From NCBI GenBank assembly GCA_903870315.1, contig CAIQCJ010000032.1, positions 1 to 45,395 of the forward strand: a DNA stretch of 45,395 bases, given 5' to 3'. Within the stretch, counting starts at the first letter, position 1; every line of letters starts with the position of its first letter. The notes below the pieces were generated by a model. That model worked only from the letters and a program-made list of their open reading frames with translations. It had not been told where the DNA came from and ran no database searches. Below are positions 25,302-34,270 of this stretch, piece after piece. Source of the stretch: an uncultured bacterium (GTDB lineage: Bacteria > Patescibacteriota > Minisyncoccia > Phycocordibacterales > PALSA-1337). The position numbers were made by a program, and so were the translations under genes.

Positions 25302-26855
25302 ATGTCCAAACCATTTTATATAACTACTACGTTGCCGTACGTTAATTCGATACCGCATATTGGTTTTGCGACTGAGATTATAAGAGCCGATTCTATCGCT
25401 AGATGGAAGAGAGCTTCCGGTTTTGAAGTATTTTCCAATACTGGTACAGATGAACATGGCCTCAAGATTTTTCAAAAAGCTAAGGAGGCTGGTATAGAGC
25501 CACAAGTCTATGTAGATCAAGTCGCTTCAAAATTCAAAGAACTCCTACCGATTCTTGGTATAAGTCCTGAAGTAAACTTTATCCGTACTACTGATAAGCA
25601 TCACACGAAAGCCGCTCAAACTTTTTGGCAACTTGTAGACAAGAATGGCTTCATATACAAGAAAAATTATTCAGTGAAATATTGTATCGGATGTGAGCTG
25701 GAGAAGACTGAGTCAGAACTAGTAGAAGGGAAATGTCCACTGCACCCACTCCAGTCTCTGGAGATTATAAATGAGGAAAATTATTTCTTCAGATTTAGTG
25801 CCTTTCAGGAACAACTATTAGATCTCTACGACAAAAGTAGCAGCTCCTCAGTAAACAATTCCACAGAGTCTTCAAGACAACCCTTTGTCATACCAGAATC
25901 TCGCCAGAGGGAGATTCGTGCTTTCGTCGAACGTGGTCTAGACGACTTCAGTATATCTCGTCTCAAGTCCAAGATGCCTTGGGGTATACCAGTACCGGAG
26001 GACGAAGAACAGGTTATGTATGTTTGGTTCGACGCCTTGGTCAACTACGTTTCCGCTGTCGGCTGGCCAGATGATGTCGTAGCTGACAAGGCTATGCCCG
26101 GCTCATTCAAAAAGTGGTGTGTAGAGACTGGTGGTATGGTTCAATATTGTGGCAAAGACAATCTTCGACAACAGTCGGCTATGTGGCAAGCTATGCTCTT
26201 AGCTGCAGGACTACCGACCTCGAAGACTGTCATTGTTGACGGTTTTGTAACGGCTGATGGTGGCGTGAAGATGTCTAAGTCTCTTGGCAATACAGTAGAT
26301 CCGGTTGCTCTAGTCAAAGAGTTTGGCACCGATGCTATGAGGTATTATTGTCTACACGAGCTTCATCCTTTCGAGGATAGCCCTTGTACAGTTGAGCGCT
26401 TTAAAGATGCTTACAACGCCAATCTAGCAAATGGTTTAGGAAATCTGGTGAGTCGAGTTATGAAGATGGCAGAGACTAGTGGTATAACTATTGCTGATAA
26501 GCTCAAAACATATGAAGACTCTTTAAAGTCTGGAAAATTTATTGTTTCTGCGATATTATCTACTGAATACATGGCTGGTTTAGAGGAGTATAATCTCAAA
26601 AAGTCCATGGATGCTATATGGTCTATCATAGCTGTGTCCGACAAACTCATACAAGTGAAGCAGCCATTCAAGTTAGTGAAATCTGAAGACGATAAAGACA
26701 AAGCCGATGGTAAATCATGTATAGAGACTTTGCTCAATAACATACATACTATAGGAGTTGCTCTACAGCCTTTTATGCCTACAACAGCTCAAATGATACT
26801 TGAGTGTATATATAACAACAAAATGCCTGCCACGCCACTCTTCTTAAGGAAATAA
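25302..26855 (+). CDS. metG: Methionyl-tRNA synthetase
   Basis: FYITTTLPYVNSIPHIGF (HIGH variant), one Cys knuckle (CIGC...CPLH), YVWFDAL and KMSKSLGN. Confidence 0.9.
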   Translation: MSKPFYITTTLPYVNSIPHIGFATEIIRADSIARWKRASGFEVFSNTGTDEHGLKIFQKAKEAGIEPQVYVDQVASKFKELLPILGISPEVNFIRTTDKHHTKAAQTFWQLVDKNGFIYKKNYSVKYCIGCELEKTESELVEGKCPLHPLQSLEIINEENYFFRFSAFQEQLLDLYDKSSSSSVNNSTESSRQPFVIPESRQREIRAFVERGLDDFSISRLKSKMPWGIPVPEDEEQVMYVWFDALVNYVSAVGWPDDVVADKAMPGSFKKWCVETGGMVQYCGKDNLRQQSAMWQAMLLAAGLPTSKTVIVDGFVTADGGVKMSKSLGNTVDPVALVKEFGTDAMRYYCLHELHPFEDSPCTVERFKDAYNANLANGLGNLVSRVMKMAETSGITIADKLKTYEDSLKSGKFIVSAILSTEYMAGLEEYNLKKSMDAIWSIIAVSDKLIQVKQPFKLVKSEDDKDKADGKSCIETLLNNIHTIGVALQPFMPTTAQMILECIYNNKMPATPLFLRK

Positions 26856-26876
26856 TCTATAGATATATCATATAAA

Positions 26877-27761
26877 ATGGCCAATAATATCAAGTATATA
26901 GATATCCATGGCCACATAAACTTTCCTGTATATGACATTGACCGTGAAGCAGTTATAGACCGTGCAAAAGATGCTGGGGTGGGGATGATTATTGTCGGTA
27001 CAGATTTTTCATCTTCTAAAAGAGCTATTGAGCTTGCGGAAAAATACGAAAATGTCTGGGCTACAGTTGGTGTTCATCCTACAGACGATGTTGTTTCAGG
27101 ACAAAATGATAACACAGACACAGTGTCTATTTTCAACTACACAGCTTTCAAGTCTTTGGCAGTACATCCTAAGGTGGTGGCGATAGGGGAATGTGGCTTG
27201 GATTATTTTCATAAAGAATCTATTTCTGGTGAACCTTTGGACATAGAATCTCAACGTTCACTTTTCTTGGCACATATAAAGTTAGCAAATTACGTAAATA
27301 AGCCACTGATGCTTCATGTCAGGAATGCCCCGTCTAGCAAAAATGGCTGCAAGACTAGTGATGCCTACAAGGAAGTTGTACATATGTTGAAACAGAATGC
27401 GAAAGTACGCGCGAATTTTCATTTTTTTGCTGGAGATATTGACGACCTATCTGCGGTTTTAGATATAAAAGGTATGATTTCACTCACTGGTGTTATCACT
27501 TTCACAAGCGACTATGATGAGATTATAAAACGTGTACCGCTAGACAACTTGATGACGGAGACTGATTGCCCGTATGTTTCACCGGTGCCATATCGTGGTA
27601 AGCGTAACGAACCTGTTTTTGTCATAGAAGTTGTGAAAGCTATAACCAAGATACGTTCAAGCCTCGATGATCAAGGTGTGCGGATAGTTGAGAAGTCTGA
27701 TGTGGGATCTAAGATAGGGGAACAATTACTAGACAACGCTCGAAGCTTCTTCAACCTCTGA
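26877..27761 (+). CDS. tatD: TatD-family metal-dependent hydrolase
   Basis: YIDIHGHINF, IGECGLDYF, LMLHVRNA, NFHFFAG and ETDCPYVSP. metG-tatD synteny. Confidence 0.9.
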   Translation: MANNIKYIDIHGHINFPVYDIDREAVIDRAKDAGVGMIIVGTDFSSSKRAIELAEKYENVWATVGVHPTDDVVSGQNDNTDTVSIFNYTAFKSLAVHPKVVAIGECGLDYFHKESISGEPLDIESQRSLFLAHIKLANYVNKPLMLHVRNAPSSKNGCKTSDAYKEVVHMLKQNAKVRANFHFFAGDIDDLSAVLDIKGMISLTGVITFTSDYDEIIKRVPLDNLMTETDCPYVSPVPYRGKRNEPVFVIEVVKAITKIRSSLDDQGVRIVEKSDVGSKIGEQLLDNARSFFNL

Positions 27762-27775
27762 CGCTATATTACGGT

Positions 27776-27854
27776 TTCTTCATAGCTTCTTGAGAACTTC
27801 TTGAACGTTTCTTGAAGATTTTTTGATAGAGATTTTAACTTAGCGGTTTATGAT
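27776..27854 (+). repeat. Copy 1 of a 79-nt intergenic module: four 11-bp-phased heptamers plus promoter-like elements
   Basis: TTCTTCA (27776), TTCTTGA (27787), TTCTTGA (27798) and TTCTTGA (27809), spaced exactly 11 nt apart. Then TTGATA (27823) and TATGAT (27849). Hand alignment gives 64/79 identity with 37630-37708 and a 37-nt perfect core (27777-27813 = 37631-37667). Confidence 0.8.
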
Positions 27855-28023
27855 AGTAATGCCTCTGGACATTGCGGAGGAGATAGTTTTGTGTTAATCT
27901 CATGGCATTATAAGTAATCGCAGTAAGTTCCTGATTTGTTGTATTATGGCTTAATAAGGCCACAGTATGATGGTGAAGGATTCCGCAGATTTATTTTAAG
28001 CGGAGCACTGACTGCAAAAAACA

Positions 28024-28554
28024 ATGAACGAAACACAAAACGACGTTCGTATGAACGTGTATGAGATCGGGTATTTGATCGTTTCTTCTGTGCCAGAAGA
28101 GAAAGTAGCTTCTGAAGCTGAGGCGGTCAAGAGTATTATCACAAAGGCGGGGGCTTCGGTTATTGCCGAAGAGGTGCCTCATAAGGAACATCTCGCGTAT
28201 ACTATGCGCAAGAAGACAGTTTCTGGATCATATGATAAATATGACACAGCTTATTTCGGATGGATCAAGTTCGAAGTCGGTTCGGACGTTGTTGAATCTG
28301 TGAAGAAGCTTGTTGAGACACAACCTTCAGTCTTGAGGATGCTCATGATCTCTACTGTCAAAGAAAATACTTATCTAGGTAAGCATGCTTCAGCTATAGC
28401 AGCAGAGTTCAATCCTATGGGCAAAAAGACCATAGAGAGAACTTTTTCTCCTGCTCTGAAGTCATCAGAAGCTGAGAAAGCATCTGTCCCTGTAACTCCA
28501 GCCTCTGTCGAGGATATGGACAAGAGTATCGACGCAATGATCAAAGAGGTATAA
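28024..28554 (+). CDS. rpsF: 30S ribosomal protein S6 with C-terminal extension
   Basis: MNVYEIGYLIVSSVPEEK start and a ~95-aa S6 core. Position ahead of ssb-rpsR. About 70 extra C-terminal residues. Confidence 0.8.
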   Translation: MNETQNDVRMNVYEIGYLIVSSVPEEKVASEAEAVKSIITKAGASVIAEEVPHKEHLAYTMRKKTVSGSYDKYDTAYFGWIKFEVGSDVVESVKKLVETQPSVLRMLMISTVKENTYLGKHASAIAAEFNPMGKKTIERTFSPALKSSEAEKASVPVTPASVEDMDKSIDAMIKEV

Positions 28555-28581
28555 TAGTCTTATATCAATAACACAACCTCT

Positions 28582-29040
28582 ATGTATCTAAACAAAGTAT
28601 TCATCATAGGAAATCTTACTCGCGACCCAGAACTCAAGGCCCTTCCTTCTGGTTCTAAGGTCTGTAGCTTCGGTATGGCTACAAACCGCGTCTTCAAGAA
28701 CAAAGATGGCCAGAGACAAGATGCCACAGAATTCCACAACATCGTCGTCTTCGGACGCGTCGCCGAGCTTGCCGCTCAATATTTGAAGAAAGGATCACAA
28801 GCTTTGGTTGAAGGTCGTATGCAGACTCGTTCTTGGGAAGCTGATGGCCAGAAGAAATATCGCACCGAAGTGGTCGCCGACAGTATACAGTTCGGTTCAC
28901 GACCAGGTGCCGCCGGTTCAACAAGTACTCCTGGAGCACAATCCGGATCCCAGAAAGGTGGAGAAGAAGTCCTAGTAGAATCCGGTGATAAGATAGATTA
29001 TCCAAGTGAAGAGATAAATCCTGACGACATACCATTTTAG
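28582..29040 (+). CDS. ssb: Single-stranded DNA-binding protein
   Basis: MYLNKVFIIGNLTRDPELK OB-fold start. Gly/Ser/Pro-rich linker. Acidic tip ending DDIPF. Confidence 0.9.
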   Translation: MYLNKVFIIGNLTRDPELKALPSGSKVCSFGMATNRVFKNKDGQRQDATEFHNIVVFGRVAELAAQYLKKGSQALVEGRMQTRSWEADGQKKYRTEVVADSIQFGSRPGAAGSTSTPGAQSGSQKGGEEVLVESGDKIDYPSEEINPDDIPF

Positions 29041-29088
29041 TCAGACTTCACACAACAGATCATAAATACTAAATCAAAAACTACCAAT

Positions 29089-29292
29089 ATGAAAAAACAA
29101 TGTTATTTCAATCAGCATAATATAAGTCACATCGATTACAAGGATACGGAGGTATTGAAGAAATTCATCAATCCACATGGCCGTATGGTCAGCCGTAGGC
29201 GTACAGGCATATCTGCCAAGTACCAGCGCCAGTTGGCTACAGCTGTTAAGCGTGCAAGATTCATGGGTCTTTTGCCGTATGTCGCGAGGTAA
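29089..29292 (+). CDS. rpsR: 30S ribosomal protein S18
   Basis: [50 protein letters not shown] is canonical S18. Confidence 0.9.
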   Translation: MKKQCYFNQHNISHIDYKDTEVLKKFINPHGRMVSRRRTGISAKYQRQLATAVKRARFMGLLPYVAR

Positions 29293-29329
29293 TGTGAGCA
29301 ATAAGTAGAAAGAAAATCTCTGGGCTACA

Positions 29330-29438
29330 AAAAGTGGTGGAGTGTGTTGAGGAGATACGGATATTTTCTTGCTAGAAAATTCCTCGTGCTCGCGCCAGTC
29401 GCGCTCGCAATATCTCCTCAACACACTTCACCACTTTT
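29330..29438. terminator. 28-bp-stem inverted repeat with 53-nt loop between convergent rpsR and efp (bidirectional terminator or structured element)
   Basis: AAAAGTGGTGGAGTGTGTTGAGGAGATA (29330-29357) pairs with TATCTCCTCAACACACTTCACCACTTTT (29411-29438), with a single G-T mismatch. A/T runs flank both arms. The loop contains a 7-bp sub-hairpin ATTTTCT-TGCT-AGAAAAT. Confidence 0.6.
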
Positions 29439-29455
29439 GTTTCTGAGCTTTCTAA

Positions 29456-30028
29456 TTATTTTCCTACACGCTCGCGATATTCACTGGTTTCTGTGTTGAT
29501 CCTTATAACGTCGCCTTCATTTACGAATAGGGGAACGTTTATGGTTGCACCAGTCTCCAAAGTGACAGTCTTTTGGCCGCCAGTTGCAGTATCGCCCTTT
29601 ATGCCAGGTGGAGCATCTGTAACTTTCAATTCTGCTGTGATTGGCATATTGAAACTCATGGGGGTATCTCTGAAAAGAAGTTGTTCCACAACTGTATTTG
29701 GTTTGAGGAATTTTCCTTGAGGACCAACCTGATCTTCAGTTACCTTGAAGCGCTTTGAGGAATCTACAGACTCACAGAACCACCATTCACCACGATTATT
29801 GTATAGATATTTCACTTCACGAGTCTCGATCTCAGCTTCCTCGACTTTTTCAGATTGATGGAATGAATACTCAGTGACTTTACCAGTCATAAGGTTCTTC
29901 AGTTTGGTAGCATTGACTGGTTTGCGCTGCTGTTTACGGAAGACGTGTGAAGTTATGACTTCGTAAGGCTGTCCTTCGTGGACTATGTACTTCTTTTCTG
30001 TGACTTCGTTATATTCTAAGAGTGACAT
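29456..30028 (-). CDS. efp: Elongation factor P
   Basis: 190 aa. YIVHEGQPYEVITSHVFRKQQRKPVNATKLKNLMTGKV and GDTATGGQKTVTLETGATINVPLFVNEGDVIRINT match EF-P. Confidence 0.95.
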   Translation of the reverse strand: MSLLEYNEVTEKKYIVHEGQPYEVITSHVFRKQQRKPVNATKLKNLMTGKVTEYSFHQSEKVEEAEIETREVKYLYNNRGEWWFCESVDSSKRFKVTEDQVGPQGKFLKPNTVVEQLLFRDTPMSFNMPITAELKVTDAPPGIKGDTATGGQKTVTLETGATINVPLFVNEGDVIRINTETSEYRERVGK

Positions 30029-30121
30029 GGGTATTTGCGCGCCTCGGCGCTTATTTATAATTGTTAATGTAGAGGCATTCTAGCCGAGGATAGGGGATAA
30101 GGCAAGGGAGCTATTAAATTC

Positions 30122-31222
30122 TTATTCCGTACTCAATTTTTCTCTAATTTTCGCAAGAATTTCATCTTTAACCACGGTATTCTCCTTCAAGAATTGTCTT
30201 GTCGCATCATAGCCACGACCGAGCTTTTCTTCACCAAATGAATAGGAAGCTCCAGACTTACTGACGATACCGAACTTCTCGCCAAGTGCAATAATCTCAC
30301 CTTCTTGGGATATACCCTCGTTATACATAAGGTCGAATTCAGTCTGTTTAAATGGAGCTGCGACCTTATTCTTCACAACCTTAACACGGACGCGGCCACC
30401 CATAACCTCCTCACCTTTCTTGATCTGGGCGATGCGGCGTATGTCGAGACGTACTGAGCAATAGAATTTCAAAGCTTTACCACCTGGAGTTGTTTCTGGG
30501 TTGCCGAACATAACCCCGATCTGCATACGAATCTGGTTGATGAATATGACTACAGTCTTCGAGCGTGCCACTATAGCCGTGAGTTTACGCAAAGCCTGTG
30601 ACATGAGACGTGCTTGGGTACCAACGTGGAAGGCTCCCATATCTCCCTCGATTTCTGCGCGTGGCGTCAGTGCAGCCACAGAGTCTATAACAATAACATC
30701 CATCTTGTTTGTGCGTATAAGGCTTTCGACGATGTCGAGTGCTTGTTCACCTGTGTCTGGTTGAGAGATAAGGAGATCGTCTATCTTCACGCCGATCTTC
30801 TTTGAGTATTCAGGATCCATAGCATGTTCAGCATCTATGTAGGCACAAACACCACCAAGTTTTTGTGCCTCAGCTACAGCGTGCAAAGCTAGAGTTGTCT
30901 TACCAGAGGATTCCGGACCAAATATCTCGACTATACGTCCGCGAGGGAAGCCACCAATGCCAAGTGCCCAATCAAGTCCGATGGAACCAGTAGGGATGAC
31001 GTCGACATTTACTCTAGGTTTGTCGCCTAGTTTCATAATAGCTTCTTCACCGAACTTCGTACGGATACTGTCGAGCGCGTCACTTATCTCATTCATCGAT
31101 TTTGAAGCGCGTGCCGCACTTTTGCTATTTTTTGTATCTTTATTTTCTCGCTGCTCGTTTTTTTCTTTTTGCTCAATCTTATCTTTACTCTCTTTTTGAT
31201 TGTCTTTAGGATTTTTTACCAT
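30122..31222 (-). CDS. recA: Recombinase RecA with ~45-aa K/E/N-rich N-terminal extension
   Basis: [31 protein letters not shown] (Walker A), [21 protein letters not shown] and [23 protein letters not shown] prefer ATG 31222 (MVKNPKDNQ) over the track start 31294, which would overlap the upstream gene. Confidence 0.95.
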   Translation of the reverse strand: MVKNPKDNQKESKDKIEQKEKNEQRENKDTKNSKSAARASKSMNEISDALDSIRTKFGEEAIMKLGDKPRVNVDVIPTGSIGLDWALGIGGFPRGRIVEIFGPESSGKTTLALHAVAEAQKLGGVCAYIDAEHAMDPEYSKKIGVKIDDLLISQPDTGEQALDIVESLIRTNKMDVIVIDSVAALTPRAEIEGDMGAFHVGTQARLMSQALRKLTAIVARSKTVVIFINQIRMQIGVMFGNPETTPGGKALKFYCSVRLDIRRIAQIKKGEEVMGGRVRVKVVKNKVAAPFKQTEFDLMYNEGISQEGEIIALGEKFGIVSKSGASYSFGEEKLGRGYDATRQFLKENTVVKDEILAKIREKLSTE

Positions 31223-31280
31223 ATTGAATTTGCTCTTTATTTTTATAATAAGAGGCGGGCTTATGACTATAATATCATAG

Positions 31281-31643
31281 TCAATTATTTGCACCCACTA
31301 TGACAATATCGGTTTCTGTGTTGCGATCAAATTGGTCGGTGGCACGTAAGGTTAGCTTATTTAAGCCTGGAAAAACCACGATAGTTTGTTTGAAATGACC
31401 CTGTTCATCTATAGAAACAGCCCCGCCATTGATGGTGAGGTTATGGGCGCGCTCGATCATACCTATAAGGTCTACAGTAGGGGATGAGATGACAGCACCA
31501 TCTGTTGGTGAGTTCAGGTCTATCTTCGGACCACGCGCATATGCAAGTGAGCGCGCTATGGCATAAGCTATTATAATAATAGCCACCAAAGATATGGCAG
31601 TATATTTGATCAGACGTAAGGTTGAGGTGCGGGTGAGTGGCAT
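31281..31643 (-). CDS. Hypothetical membrane-anchored protein with Ig-like beta domain
   Basis: N-terminal TM ([19 protein letters not shown]), then an ~85-aa beta-rich region ([23 protein letters not shown]...NKLTLRATD). Confidence 0.5.
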   Translation of the reverse strand: MPLTRTSTLRLIKYTAISLVAIIIIAYAIARSLAYARGPKIDLNSPTDGAVISSPTVDLIGMIERAHNLTINGGAVSIDEQGHFKQTIVVFPGLNKLTLRATDQFDRNTETDIVIVGANN

Positions 31644-31688
31644 TGGACTCAGTATATATTCAAATGAGTCGCAATTACAAGGAGATTA

Positions 31689-34064
31689 TTATATTCCCAA
31701 TTCTTCAGCAATCTTGTCAGTAACACCACCTCCCCCACCAAAACCTTCACTTCCATCACTTGAACTACTACCCATGACTTCTCTTGGTTTCGAGCCATTG
31801 GCTGGACCGATGACGCCATGTTCTTCTAGTAGATCCATAAGCTTGGCAGCGCGAGAATAACCGACTCCGAGCTTACGTTGTATATAAGAAGTTGAAGCTT
31901 TACCGGCAGCGATAACAGCTTCCTTGGCCGATTCGTAGAGCTCGTCTTGATCCTCTAGTGAATCACCATCTAGATCTATATTTGCACTAAAGGCAGCCCC
32001 AGAACCAGCCTCACTTATGTTGAGGTTTATCTCTCCTGGTATCTCATCCCTATATTGATCCGCCAAGAACTTCACAACTCTCTTGACTTCATTTTCTGAT
32101 ATATAAGCAGACTGTAGACGTACTGGCTTGGACATTTCACCTCCAAGGTAGAGCATATCACCAGCACCGAGGAGCTTTTCTGCACCCATTTGGTCAAGGA
32201 TAGTACGTGAATCTATCTGTGAAGCGACTTGCAGAGCTACGCGAGTAGGGATATTGGCTTTGATAAGACCAGTGATGACGTTAACGCTTGGTCTTTGTGT
32301 AGATACAACTAGGTGTATACCGACAGCGCGACTCATCTGTGCTAGGCGTACTATTGCGGCCTCTAGTTCTCGTGGATATGTCTGCATTATATCGGCCAAC
32401 TCATCTATAACTATGGCTATATATGGCATAGTTTCTGGAAGTTTCGATGATACTTCTTCAGCGTTATCTCCATCTCGGTCCCTGCGGTCAGAGTTGAGAC
32501 TGCTTATAGCTGGAGCCAAGACATTCTTATGATACGAATCTATGTCGCGAGCAGTATTCTTTTCAAGAATATCGTAACGGCGACTCATTTCTTTTGCAGC
32601 CCACTTCAAAGCCAGGATAGCTTTCTTAGGATCAGTGATAACAGGTGTTAGAAGGTGAGGGATCTTGTTATACAAAGTCAGTTCAACGCGCTTAGGGTCT
32701 ATCATTATGAACTTCAGGTTTTCTGGAGAATTGCGATAAAGGAGGGAAGTAATGAGGGCGTGGATACTGACGGACTTACCAGAGCCTGTGGCTCCAGCTA
32801 TAAGTATATGAGGGGCCTTAGCCAGGTTGCAGAAATGAGCTCGGCCAGTGATATCTTTTCCAAGTGACATAAACAAGGGCTTCTCTGATTCTTGGAAGTC
32901 TGGAGCACCAAGAAGGGTAGCCAGACCAACAGTTGTCTTTGCGGTGTTTGGTACTTCTATACCAACCAGAGACTTGCCTGGTATAGGAGCTTCTATGCGG
33001 ATGGGGTGAGCCGCCAGAGCTAAAGACAGATCATTGTTAAGTCCAACTATACGCGAAAGCTTCACGCCCTCGGCTGGCTTCAGGGAATAGCGAGTAACCG
33101 AAGGACCTATAGAGATCTCGTCCATCTCCACAGTTATGCCGAAATTTTGTAGAGTACGTTTAATGATGTTTGCATTGGCTTTGATATCACCGGTTTCTGG
33201 TTTGCCACGATCTTTCTCAAGCAGGGAAAGTGGTGGAGGGTTAAATGGCCTCAAGAGTGGTGTTTGTATAGCTGAAGCAAATGCACCAGCATCTTCGTCA
33301 TCTGTATCAACAGAACCATTCTTATTTTTGCTTGCTTTTGCAGAGGTGGCGTTTGCGCGAGCCTTTTCTTCGGCCTTTTTGGTGCGAGCTATAGCCTCCT
33401 CAGCTTCTAGTTGAGCCGGTGTCTTACCACTAAGTCCGAGCGTACCAGCTTGTGCTTCTGCCAAAGCCTTGTCGATTTTCTCTTCTTCGTCATCATTCAT
33501 CTTGCCAGATTTCTTGCGTGAGCTAGAGTTTGTATCTAGGGAGCCATTTTCTGATTTCTGGAAATATTTCCAAAACTTTATATCCTCTATAGTGAAATGA
33601 CCCTCAAACAAGATGAAGAGTGATACCACGACGAGAACTATAAGAAGTATTAGGCTGGCATATACGTCCAGTATCTTTATAAGAGGTATAGCTACCCAGC
33701 GTCCGAAGACACCACCATGACCAGTACTGGCTATATGTATGATGCCTAGACTAGAGAAGAAGAAAACTACAGATCCTATAGACTTGGAGACGCGGAATTT
33801 TTTCTCTACACCACGCAGAAGGGCGATACCAACCAATACTGCTATGACTGGAATGAGGAAATATCCAACACCACAAAGTCTGGTGAAGAACATATATCCA
33901 TATTCACCAAGAGGTCCGGCTTTTCCGAAAGAAGCCAGTATGGAAAGTGTAGAGATCAAGAAAGAGAATATGGCCAAAACCGTCTGCACTGTTTCTTCAC
34001 GCATATCATTCCAGAATTTCGCTTTTTCTATGAAATCTGATCCAGTGTCTTTTTTCTTTGCCAT
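31689..34064 (-). CDS. ftsK: DNA translocase FtsK/SpoIIIE
   Basis: N-terminal 4-TM region and a low-complexity linker. Motor domain with GATGSGKS (Walker A) and VIDELADIM (Walker B). C-terminal gamma wHTH (STSYIQRKLGVGYSRAAKLMDLLEEHGVIGP). Confidence 0.9.
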   Translation of the reverse strand: MAKKKDTGSDFIEKAKFWNDMREETVQTVLAIFSFLISTLSILASFGKAGPLGEYGYMFFTRLCGVGYFLIPVIAVLVGIALLRGVEKKFRVSKSIGSVVFFFSSLGIIHIASTGHGGVFGRWVAIPLIKILDVYASLILLIVLVVVSLFILFEGHFTIEDIKFWKYFQKSENGSLDTNSSSRKKSGKMNDDEEEKIDKALAEAQAGTLGLSGKTPAQLEAEEAIARTKKAEEKARANATSAKASKNKNGSVDTDDEDAGAFASAIQTPLLRPFNPPPLSLLEKDRGKPETGDIKANANIIKRTLQNFGITVEMDEISIGPSVTRYSLKPAEGVKLSRIVGLNNDLSLALAAHPIRIEAPIPGKSLVGIEVPNTAKTTVGLATLLGAPDFQESEKPLFMSLGKDITGRAHFCNLAKAPHILIAGATGSGKSVSIHALITSLLYRNSPENLKFIMIDPKRVELTLYNKIPHLLTPVITDPKKAILALKWAAKEMSRRYDILEKNTARDIDSYHKNVLAPAISSLNSDRRDRDGDNAEEVSSKLPETMPYIAIVIDELADIMQTYPRELEAAIVRLAQMSRAVGIHLVVSTQRPSVNVITGLIKANIPTRVALQVASQIDSRTILDQMGAEKLLGAGDMLYLGGEMSKPVRLQSAYISENEVKRVVKFLADQYRDEIPGEINLNISEAGSGAAFSANIDLDGDSLEDQDELYESAKEAVIAAGKASTSYIQRKLGVGYSRAAKLMDLLEEHGVIGPANGSKPREVMGSSSSDGSEGFGGGGGVTDKIAEELGI

Positions 34065-34149
34065 ATTTGAAGTTATTTTATTTCGGTTAATGCTCGTTCG
34101 ATATTATATAGATATATTAACATATTTTCTTTTGTTTTCTTTCAACCAC

Positions 34150-34177
34150 TTGCAACTTTGTTTGTTATGTCTATAAT
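34150..34177 (+). promoter_or_regulatory. Sigma70-like promoter for the 34271 gene
   Basis: TTGCAA (34150-34155), 16-nt spacer, TATAAT (34172-34177). Confidence 0.5.
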
Positions 34178-34270
34178 GGACACATAAGAGACATATACTG
34201 ATAGCATCAAAATTATTCAAAGACACACTTTTTGTAGATTTTTTTAAAAGACATCTAATAAGACAATAAA

